Assembly: GCA_038861545.1 (NCBI GenBank)
Contig: JAWCCZ010000005.1
Span: 1 to 64,000, forward strand
DNA: 64,000 nt
Origin: Thermofilaceae archaeon
Lineage (GTDB): Archaea; Thermoproteota; Thermoprotei; Thermofilales; Thermofilaceae
Direction: 5' to 3'
Numbering within the stretch: the first letter of the stretch is position 1; each line of letters starts with the position of its first letter. The translations under genes and the position numbers were made by a program. The notes under the pieces are model-generated. The model did not search any database. It was not told the DNA's origin and saw only the letters and a list, made by a program, of their open reading frames with translations. Below are positions 56,362 through 64,000 of the stretch, one piece after another.

Positions 56362-56984
56362 CTTATCTCATTAACCCAAACTTCATAGAAATTGGTTCCG
56401 ATCCTAACCTTAACTAATTTAGCTCCTTTGCTAGCCATTTCGCAGGCAAGTTTCAAATGCCTGAGCACTTTAGTAAGAAGCCCTTCGAGCATGGTTGTAT
56501 TGTCAAGCGACTTGAGGTATTCGTGCAAGAATTTCTCAGGTATATATCTGGCTTGCAGGTCAGGGGTATGAGTAAACTCGCAGGCAGTAGCTATAGCATT
56601 ATTCTTTCCAGTCGTGTCCAGCATTTTAAGACCTTTCAATGCAACATAAACTAAACCACCTTGAGTTACTACCTTTACGACTTTATTTGGAGGAATAGGA
56701 AGAGCTCGCCACGGTTTGTAAAATCGTTCACCAATTTGCACAGTACTTTGACCAGCCACTGCAGCTAAAACTGGTGCGCCGCAACGAAATACCAGTTCAC
56801 CTTCAACTTCTATTACCTCGTTACTTAGGCTGTTTCCAACTAGGGCATTGGATACAGCACATAGAAAAGGTTCAGTGGCTACACTGGTAGTTACTAGGCG
56901 GATGCCATTACCATCTAAAATCTCAAGTGTAACTCTACGAGATTCGACAAGCGACGGTAATGCTTTAGACTCTGAAAGCATCAA
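56358..56984 (-). CDS. Truncated PxpC/KipA (allophanate hydrolase subunit 2)-like protein with extra C-terminal region
   Basis: SNALVGN...VIEV, VLAAVAG, PWRAL and YVALKG resemble the CT_A_B/AHS2 domain. GTGA overlap with the carboxyltransferase gene. Confidence 0.6.
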   Translation of the reverse strand: MMLSESKALPSLVESRRVTLEILDGNGIRLVTTSVATEPFLCAVSNALVGNSLSNEVIEVEGELVFRCGAPVLAAVAGQSTVQIGERFYKPWRALPIPPNKVVKVVTQGGLVYVALKGLKMLDTTGKNNAIATACEFTHTPDLQARYIPEKFLHEYLKSLDNTTMLEGLLTKVLRHLKLACEMASKGAKLVKVRIGTNFYEVWVNEIR

Positions 56985-57039
56985 CGGGTTAGATAGCTAG
57001 GGATATAAAAGGAATTCTGATATGCTTCCGCCGTAAAAT

Positions 57040-58092
57040 TTAATTTAGATCTTCACGCTTCAGTTTATAGAAAGTTTCATGGGGCTCAGTCTGGTACCAG
57101 TATGCCACGCTGCTATAATCTGCTGCGACTTCATTCCACTCTCCGTGAGGTGCTACAACTTCAATATGCTGCTTAAAAGGTATAGGATCTGGAATGTGAA
57201 AACGATAAGCTGCTATCTCACCTCTCTCTTCATCTTTATGCAGAAGGCCGTGAAAGGGAGCCACGAATGTTCCTCCAGTAAAGTACCAACCTGAGAGGAA
57301 ATAATCCTCTGTACCTGTGGCACTATATGCGACCTCGCCATCAGCAAATATAGTTATGTTACCTTCAAGGAATCCCAATCCTCCAATTATAGGTCTTTTA
57401 AAGCTCAGACTACGCATAAACAAGTAAGTACCTACATAGTGACCCGTGCCACGAGATCTAAGCACGGTATAGGCTTCTCCCAGACTAGTCTCTTTTTCTC
57501 TATGCCATATAGCATGGAACCTTCCCATCTCTTCCACTTCGACGTTAGAGTAATAACCTATGATGTAATACAACGAAGAGACCTCTTCTACTCCTAGATT
57601 TTCGATTTCGATTCTAGCTTTCCTAAAGGGCATAGGCAAGTAACAGTAGAAACCGCCACTGCTTAATCCTAATGGCAAGGGGTGCGCGTTCTCAGTCAAT
57701 GATGGCTGAGGGGAAAAAGCCCTATGACCTTGTAAGAAAAAGTCTCCTAAGGGGGTTTCTATGCTAGGTTCGCCCTCGTTATCCCACCACGCCCTTAAAA
57801 TCACGTTCCGGAGAAACCTTCGATCAGCTGCACTTATAGTTATCCACATGCTTACAATTATCCCGGGTTCACTAAGCTTGAATATATCCAGTTTTTGTCC
57901 GGGTTCAATCGAATAATAGTCCAATCGCGCTCCCTTTTCAATTTGACGTATTAAACCTCTCTTTCCCCAGTGTTCTAACCATTCTCTAGGAAGCTTATCC
58001 CGTATATTTGTTACCTCCTCCTCAGAAAGTGTATGTGTACTAGATACGTATTTCATTTTACCTTGCTTAAGCTTTGGAAGGTCTGTAAGCAT
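57040..58092 (-). CDS. DUF2961 / glycoside hydrolase family 172 protein
   Basis: GIIVSMWIT, LRAWWDNEGEPSIETPLGDFF, CYLPMPF, GHYVG, FLEG, GTEDYF, YRFHIPDPIPF and SSVAYWYQ. Confidence 0.88.
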   Translation of the reverse strand: MLTDLPKLKQGKMKYVSSTHTLSEEEVTNIRDKLPREWLEHWGKRGLIRQIEKGARLDYYSIEPGQKLDIFKLSEPGIIVSMWITISAADRRFLRNVILRAWWDNEGEPSIETPLGDFFLQGHRAFSPQPSLTENAHPLPLGLSSGGFYCYLPMPFRKARIEIENLGVEEVSSLYYIIGYYSNVEVEEMGRFHAIWHREKETSLGEAYTVLRSRGTGHYVGTYLFMRSLSFKRPIIGGLGFLEGNITIFADGEVAYSATGTEDYFLSGWYFTGGTFVAPFHGLLHKDEERGEIAAYRFHIPDPIPFKQHIEVVAPHGEWNEVAADYSSVAYWYQTEPHETFYKLKREDLN

Positions 58093-58256
58093 GCGCGAAA
58101 CGCTTAGTTCATGCTAAAAAGGGTTGCGTTTATAATCTAAGTTAGTCAAAATTTAATACTTAAGTTTTATATTATTAAGCTATTTCTATGAGAGAAATTT
58201 TAATAATATTTAAGGTTATAAAGTAAAAATAAAATTAACCTTCGCTCATTGATCAA

Positions 58257-58535
58257 TTAACCCTTTCTCTCTAGTATTATTTCTATGGCTGATACTATTC
58301 TTTCCTTTCCCGGCTCGCCAACTTTTTCGCTAGTTATATTAACGTTTTTAATATCGACTTTTCCTTCCATGAATCTGCGTACTACTTCAGCTGTATCAAC
58401 GGCTTTTGATATAGATCTCCCTCTAGCTTTCAATGTTATGCGCTTGCTGCCTAGTGTGAACTGCGTTACTGCAGCTAAAACGTAGCTTGCAACTGGTTTC
58501 TGCCCTATCAATATGGTACCCTCCGACGCTGACAT
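58257..58535 (-). CDS. albA: Chromatin protein Alba
   Basis: IGQKPVASYV, KARGRSISKAVDTAE and VSAIEIIL. Confidence 0.95.
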   Translation of the reverse strand: MSASEGTILIGQKPVASYVLAAVTQFTLGSKRITLKARGRSISKAVDTAEVVRRFMEGKVDIKNVNITSEKVGEPGKERIVSAIEIILERKG

Positions 58536-58606
58536 GTTTAATACCACCTCTTGGGTCGCTTTAGGGGAGTCTACAGGGTGATATATTTTTTCCCTTTTTT
58601 GATTTA

Positions 58607-60412
58607 TTATTCCCGGTCTTCTTCTAGAGGAAGAGAATAATAATACTCTTTAATCCCCTTTAAGTACCTATCGAGCCTAGAGCCTTCCTTATTTACCCTG
58701 GGCCGCAGAGTGTCAGGGTCTCTTCGAAACGTAACATCTAAATCTTCGAGAAGCTTGTTAAAGCCTTCACGCATACTTAGGGGGGGAGAAGAGAATCCTC
58801 GATCCCCTGGTTCACCCGAGAACACCATTATTGAATCTGCTAAAAAGTCTTGTGCAACTAGATCATGTTCGACAACTAGTGTGGCCGCCCCGCGATCCTC
58901 TGTAAGATGCTTGATAACTCTAGCTACTGCATACCTCTGCTCAATATCTAGATAAGCCATAGGTTCATCGAGTAAATATACCTCAGCTTCTTTCCCAAGC
59001 GCAACCGCTATGGCTACTCTTTGCAATTCTCCACCGCTGAGCTCTGATATATCGCGTTCCATAAATTTATTAACTGAAAGTGGCAGGAGAAGCTCGCTCT
59101 GAACAAAGCTTGATCCTGTATCCACACCGGCTTTAACTAGCACTTCCCTAACGCTACCTCCCGTCTCTAACCTAGAAATCACTTGGGGCTTATAGCTAAT
59201 TTTCAGACCATGTCCTACTAAAACTCCTCCCCCATCAGGTTGCAGCTCTCCCACGAGCATCTTGACAAATGTACTCTTTCCGATACCATTCGGTCCCACT
59301 ACTCCAACAACCTCGCCAGCATAGATCTCGCCTGCTTCTACAGTCAATTCGAAAGTTCCAAGTTTTTTATAAAGAGTATCCCATTTAACAACAACAGCTT
59401 CAGGCGCGTTGCGCCTTTCAGGTGGCTTAACGTGGAATTTTATTTCATACTCCCTGAATCTTATATTTTCTTCCTTTAAAACTCCTTTTAGGAATGTATT
59501 AATGCCCACTCTAACGCCCCTTGGCAAACTAACTATGCCATATGCTCCTGGTTCGCCATAAAGGACATGAACTAAATCACAAAGATAGTCCAGCACCGCA
59601 AGATCGTGTTCAACCACTACTACGTACTTACCAGTGGTTGCTAAAACCCTTATAGAACGAGCTACACGCAGCCTTTCCCTGACATCAAGATAGCTAGAGG
59701 GTTCATCAAACATATAGACGTCGGCTTCTCTACACATTGTTGCAGCAATGGCTAGCTTCTGCAGTTCACCACCACTAAGATACGCTACCTCCCGGTCCCA
59801 AACTCTATCCAATGCTAATCTCTCCTTCAGCTCGCAGGCAACACCTCGTTCATCAATTTTCTCAATAATTTGGCGTACAGTACCTTTTACGTAGCGAGGT
59901 ATCACGTCAATCTCCTGAGGTTTTCGAACTGTTTTAATGCGTCCTTCAGACAACTTTTGAAAATAGGGTTGAAGCTCAGATCCTCTAAAGAATTTGATTA
60001 TTGTATCCCAGGAACAGTCTTCATTCACGTTGCCTAAGTTGGGTTTCAGCTCACCCGCTAGGATCTTAAGAGAAGTCGATTTACCTACTCCATTGCTGCC
60101 TATAATTCCGATAACCTGCCCCATTTTTGGTATTGGTAGTCTAAAGAGTTCAAATCCATTAAGGCCATACCTATGCACTAATTCGGAACCGAGTTTCTCA
60201 GGTAGATTAACTATATGTATGGCGCTAAAGGGACACTTCTTCACACATATACCGCAGCCGACACATAGTTTTTCGTCTATCCTCGCTATTTTATGCTCTT
60301 CATCTACCCATACACATTTTGCCCCAGATCTATTAATGGGGCAAAACCTTACACATTCTGTTCCACATTTAGAGGGTCTGCATAACGCACGCTCAACTAT
60401 TGCTATTCTCAT
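58607..60412 (-). CDS. rli: Ribosome recycling ATPase ABCE1 (RLI)
   Basis: N-terminal Fe-S domain (CRPSKC..EC...CP, CVGCGICVKKCP), two ABC domains (LSGGELQ) and TFRRD...RPRVNK. Confidence 0.97.
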   Translation of the reverse strand: MRIAIVERALCRPSKCGTECVRFCPINRSGAKCVWVDEEHKIARIDEKLCVGCGICVKKCPFSAIHIVNLPEKLGSELVHRYGLNGFELFRLPIPKMGQVIGIIGSNGVGKSTSLKILAGELKPNLGNVNEDCSWDTIIKFFRGSELQPYFQKLSEGRIKTVRKPQEIDVIPRYVKGTVRQIIEKIDERGVACELKERLALDRVWDREVAYLSGGELQKLAIAATMCREADVYMFDEPSSYLDVRERLRVARSIRVLATTGKYVVVVEHDLAVLDYLCDLVHVLYGEPGAYGIVSLPRGVRVGINTFLKGVLKEENIRFREYEIKFHVKPPERRNAPEAVVVKWDTLYKKLGTFELTVEAGEIYAGEVVGVVGPNGIGKSTFVKMLVGELQPDGGGVLVGHGLKISYKPQVISRLETGGSVREVLVKAGVDTGSSFVQSELLLPLSVNKFMERDISELSGGELQRVAIAVALGKEAEVYLLDEPMAYLDIEQRYAVARVIKHLTEDRGAATLVVEHDLVAQDFLADSIMVFSGEPGDRGFSSPPLSMREGFNKLLEDLDVTFRRDPDTLRPRVNKEGSRLDRYLKGIKEYYYSLPLEEDRE

Positions 60413-60442
60413 CAAATATCCCCAAAAGTACAGCTTTGCTTC

Positions 60443-60715
60443 TTACTCTCCTTCGCTTTCCATAGATTCTAAGAATATTTCATAGTACTCCTTTAACAAC
60501 TCCCTTTCTTCTTCTATTTTTTCTTTATCCCTTTTATCAGAAGATTCAAGAACTACTAACTTGCCTCGTTTGTCAAGCGATATTTCTTCCCTTTGCATGT
60601 AACCTTGCTTAGCAGCGACTTCTTTCTTATAACCACATTTTTTACACACTAAGTACTTTTTACCCTCATCCTGCTGAGGGACCATCAATGAGCCACATTT
60701 AGGACAAAACTCCAC
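60443..60715 (-). CDS. TFS/RpoM-like protein with only the N-terminal Zn ribbon
   Basis: FCPKCGSLMVP...LVCKKCGY followed by an acidic helical tail. No C-terminal Zn ribbon or RSADE motif. Confidence 0.8.
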   Translation of the reverse strand: MEFCPKCGSLMVPQQDEGKKYLVCKKCGYKKEVAAKQGYMQREEISLDKRGKLVVLESSDKRDKEKIEEERELLKEYYEIFLESMESEGE

Positions 60716-60859
60716 TTTAAATCCCCGCAATTCAAAACAAAATTGAAATTAGCTATTAAATATTTCGCACCAAAATCAAGCAGAAATCTCGACTGTTAAC
60801 TTTATATCTAATGGCAACACTTTTATTAATACGCTCAGACGAGGTCTTTGGGGGGGAGA

Positions 60860-61594
60860 TTGTCGGAAAAACCTGAATACGTTGTTGTTGCAGAAGATCT
60901 ACATAAGTACTACCAACTTAGAGGCGAAACTGTTAAGGCGCTTCGTGGAGTAAACCTTAGCATTAAGCACGGAGAATATGTCTCTATCCTAGGTCCTTCA
61001 GGCTCCGGTAAAACCACCCTTTTCAATATGATCGGCGGGCTGGATAAACCTACACAAGGTAAGGTAATTTTAGATGGGCGTGACTTGGCTTCGCTGACTT
61101 CTAGGCAACTAGCATGGGTGCGTTGTCACAGGATTGGATACATATTCCAAACTTTCAACTTAATTCCTGTACTTACAGCTTTAGATAACGTTGTAGTTCC
61201 GATGATTTTTGCTGGCGTTTCAAGGCGTGATAGAGAGGAGAAAGCAAAGAAACTACTCGAACGTGTTGGCTTAGGTGATAGGGTTTATCATAGACCTACA
61301 GAGTTGAGTGGTGGTCAGCAGCAGAGGGTAGCTATAGCCCGTGCTTTAGCCAACGACCCCGCAATCATCCTAGCAGACGAACCAACTGGAAACCTCGATC
61401 TTCAAACAGGACTCAGAATAGTGCAATTACTTAAAGAGTTAAACGTAGAGAAAGGCGTGACGGTGATAACTGCAACTCATGACCTAAAGATGATTGATGT
61501 AAGTGACAGGATAATCTGGATTAGAGATGGCACGGTTGAACGTGTGGAAGAACGTGCCGCTATAGAGCTAGGGACAGAAGAACTAGAACTATAA
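60860..61594 (+). CDS. ABC transporter ATP-binding protein (LolD/MacB-type), orphan
   Basis: GPSGSGKTT, IGYIFQTFNL, LSGGQQQRVAIARAL and DEPTGNLD. Confidence 0.93.
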   Translation: MSEKPEYVVVAEDLHKYYQLRGETVKALRGVNLSIKHGEYVSILGPSGSGKTTLFNMIGGLDKPTQGKVILDGRDLASLTSRQLAWVRCHRIGYIFQTFNLIPVLTALDNVVVPMIFAGVSRRDREEKAKKLLERVGLGDRVYHRPTELSGGQQQRVAIARALANDPAIILADEPTGNLDLQTGLRIVQLLKELNVEKGVTVITATHDLKMIDVSDRIIWIRDGTVERVEERAAIELGTEELEL

Positions 61595-61595
61595 A

Positions 61596-62135
61596 ATGCT
61601 AGAAAAATTCAACTTAATAGCTTCGACGTATAGGAGGAGGGAACATGATCTACTTAGCGAGTTATGGTATTTTTTGAGAGAACTGGGTGACTATAAAGTA
61701 AAGGCTAGCACCACAGGATTACCTGGTTTGACCGTTTTGCAAACAAGTCTTAACCCGGTAGAAGTAATTGAAACTATAGAGAAAAAAACTGTATCGGAGC
61801 CATGGTACTTCAGGTATCTATTGAAGATAGAGCCTATAGAGAGTTGCGTTAATTCGGATATAGAAGCTATTAAACAAGCAGTGTTAGAACTTGCAGCTGA
61901 AAAAATAAAGAAAACTGACAGTTATAAAATAGAAATTAGAAAGCGGTTAACAAGCATTTCTAGAGATGAAATAATTAATACAATAGCTCCTATTTTTACA
62001 AATAAAGTAAGCTTAGATAACCCCGATAAAATAATACTGATTGAAATTATAGGGTATAGGACGGGGGTAGCCATAATCGAGCCTAAACATATAGTTTCCA
62101 TTCAACGTTTACGCCGTCAAACTGCTCAATTATAA
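61596..62135 (+). CDS. THUMP-domain protein
   Basis: FNLIAST, SYKIEIRKR and KVSLDNPDKIILIEI. Confidence 0.85.
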   Translation: MLEKFNLIASTYRRREHDLLSELWYFLRELGDYKVKASTTGLPGLTVLQTSLNPVEVIETIEKKTVSEPWYFRYLLKIEPIESCVNSDIEAIKQAVLELAAEKIKKTDSYKIEIRKRLTSISRDEIINTIAPIFTNKVSLDNPDKIILIEIIGYRTGVAIIEPKHIVSIQRLRRQTAQL

Positions 62136-62136
62136 A

Positions 62137-62727
62137 TCAACGAGATAAATATTCTAGAGCCATTCTAGATAATAAACATTTTTCGATAGCTTCAAATAAA
62201 TTTTCGGAATATGTAGTCATAATTTCATTTTCACTTATATTTAACATTCTTTGAATAAGTTTCAATTTCTCATCTGAACAAACATATTTTACTACTTTTA
62301 AGTTTAATGTGTTAGTTATTTTATTCATTCTTTCTAATAATTTATTCAAATCATAGTCACTATCTACTAACAAAACTTGGTTAAGTCCATTGACAGGTTG
62401 ACAAATAGATAGAGCTTTCGATATATCATTGGTTGCAGCAATAAAGAGCATAACTTCAATGTGAAAAGTTCGTGCGACATTGCGTTTTTTCTCGTAAGTT
62501 TTCAGTGCATAAGCCATCGCTATTAAAACATGGCTTATGCTGACAATGGCACTCGGATTTATGACAACTATTCTTGTGCCGTTATTTTGCCTAATAACGT
62601 CGAGTAATTCTTCAATATGTAGACCTTCTTCCGGCAGGGACAGTAGATATGCGATGACATAGACTTTCTTATCGTTTATTAATGTCGTTAAAAATTCTAT
62701 ATTATTACTATTAGTATTTATCACCAT
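62137..62727 (-). CDS. cgi121: KEOPS complex subunit Cgi121-like
   Basis: HVLIA...A, NVARTFHIEVMLFIAATNDISKAL and C-terminal LLSRMAL. Confidence 0.75.
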   Translation of the reverse strand: MVINTNSNNIEFLTTLINDKKVYVIAYLLSLPEEGLHIEELLDVIRQNNGTRIVVINPSAIVSISHVLIAMAYALKTYEKKRNVARTFHIEVMLFIAATNDISKALSICQPVNGLNQVLLVDSDYDLNKLLERMNKITNTLNLKVVKYVCSDEKLKLIQRMLNISENEIMTTYSENLFEAIEKCLLSRMALEYLSR

Positions 62728-63859
62728 ACACTTTTTCCAAATTTTTTAGTTCATATAGAGCACCCTCGATGTCTGCAGGTAGACCAAGTGCTTTCGCTTC
62801 TAAACCCATCGCGCATATGAGGGCCATTAATTCCCTTAAGGGCATCCATCCCATTACACCAATACGAATAATTGAATCTTTTAATCTACCTAAACCGCCG
62901 GCTATTTGTATATTGTATACTTCAGCCAGCTTCTTTCTGAACGTTTGCGGATTAACATTAGTAGGGATTTTAAATGATAAAACTGTTCTCGACCTATACG
63001 GCTCTTTTACAAAAGGCTTGAAACCAAGCATCTCGAAGGCCTTATAAAGTGATGGAGATCTTTCAACATGTAATCGAACCCATTTATTTATTCCAAAATT
63101 GATGATTTTAACTAAAGCTGAATTTAGCGAAGAAAGTAGCGTTACAGCAGGAGTAAATGGAGTCTCAGATCGTTTTGAATACTCCAAGTACCTGTTAATA
63201 TCAAAGTAGGAAGTTTTAGCGCTTCTCAGGGAGGAAATAGCATCGTTGCTTAAAACTATAAATGATATTCCTGGGGGAGCAGATAAACATTTCTGGGACG
63301 CCCCGGCTAGGGCGTCAATACCCCATTCTTCTATCTTTAACTCATCGCCTCCCACAGCTGATACCGCGTCAACGAGAGTTAAGATACCTTTGGATTTAGC
63401 TTCCCTACAAAGCTCGCTGATGTAGCTAAGCCTAACACCAGGAGAAGTATCATTGTATACCATTGCTATCAAATCCGGCTTAAAATAATCCATCTGCTGC
63501 AGAACGGTATCTAAACTTGGCGCTGAGCCGGATTCAGCGGCAACTATAGAAACTTCTGAACCATACATCTTCAAAGCTTCAGCGAATCTGCTGCTGAATT
63601 CCCCTGTTGCCGGTACTAGAGCTTTACGGCTCGGACCAAAATTGGCAGCTAATGCTTCAACAGCTCCTGTACCTGAGGCCGTAAAAAGTATAATTGTATT
63701 GCTGGTCCCAAGTAAAGTTCTGAGATTGCTTACAAGTTCTTCATATAATTTATGAAAACTTTCAGATCTATGATTGATCACGGGTTTCGCTGACTCTAAT
63801 AGTATATCGTAGGCTACATTTACAGGACCTGGTATGAAGAGGATGTCCTCCCAGCCCAT
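62711..63859 (-). CDS. Class V PLP aminotransferase (serine-pyruvate/alanine-glyoxylate type)
   Basis: FIPGPV, INHRS, SGTGAVE, VDAVS, ASQKCLSAPPG, TPFTP and IRIGVMG. Confidence 0.92.
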   Translation of the reverse strand: MGWEDILFIPGPVNVAYDILLESAKPVINHRSESFHKLYEELVSNLRTLLGTSNTIILFTASGTGAVEALAANFGPSRKALVPATGEFSSRFAEALKMYGSEVSIVAAESGSAPSLDTVLQQMDYFKPDLIAMVYNDTSPGVRLSYISELCREAKSKGILTLVDAVSAVGGDELKIEEWGIDALAGASQKCLSAPPGISFIVLSNDAISSLRSAKTSYFDINRYLEYSKRSETPFTPAVTLLSSLNSALVKIINFGINKWVRLHVERSPSLYKAFEMLGFKPFVKEPYRSRTVLSFKIPTNVNPQTFRKKLAEVYNIQIAGGLGRLKDSIIRIGVMGWMPLRELMALICAMGLEAKALGLPADIEGALYELKNLEKVYGDKY

Positions 63860-64000
63860 GTTAATTACTCTAAATCCACTTCTATTTTTTCTTTTATTTG
63901 GTACTTACACTGCATTACATATTGCTCTAGCCCCAATGTACTCAGAAGAGAACCAAACTATTAAGCAAGGTTTTTACACTAACCTTTATTGTGGATAAAA

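Noticed and set aside
360-63047. Numerous 60-160 aa ORFs antisense to or nested in long genes (e.g. 360-635, 7427-7876, 8177-8653, 41380-41775, 59994-60485)
   Set aside because: They are Ser/Leu/Phe-rich shadows of well-identified genes on the opposite strand and have no motifs.

Overview
Gene-dense core-genome segment of a hyperthermophilic crenarchaeon. It is most likely a Thermofilum-like member of the Thermoproteales; this is inferred from reverse gyrase, Alba, thermosome, TBP and intron-laden tRNAs with introns at 22/23 and 29/30. The window holds about 65 protein genes: five aminoacyl-tRNA synthetases (Arg, Gly, Trp, His, Met), a 2-oxoacid:ferredoxin oxidoreductase gamma-delta-alpha-beta operon, tRNA/rRNA modification genes, SAM/purine salvage genes, a MoxR-type AAA+/vWA locus and a biotin-dependent carboxyltransferase operon. 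It also holds 7 tRNA genes, all intron-containing (8 introns), and 3 candidate C/D-box guide RNAs. Three small genes are missing from the ORF track: rpl40e, a Zn-finger protein before EF-1beta, and a 57-aa carboxyltransferase accessory subunit. I saw no transposase, integrase or CRISPR array. Main leads: (1) a four-gene biotin carboxyltransferase operon with a PxpC/KipA-like partner but no adjacent biotin carboxylase or Na+ pump; (2) three conserved genes (TBP, NadM, DHS) whose conserved N-termini can only be translated from ATT/CTG starts; (3) a double-guide C/D RNA predicted to methylate two LSU rRNA adenosines also methylated in yeast; (4) twin tRNA-Arg genes differing at 3 anticodon-loop bases and bracketing argS; (5) tRNA introns whose splice helices fit other anticodons; (6) a ribophorin-I-like protein and a split RPA2-like gene pair. 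All family assignments come from motif recognition by eye, not from database searches.
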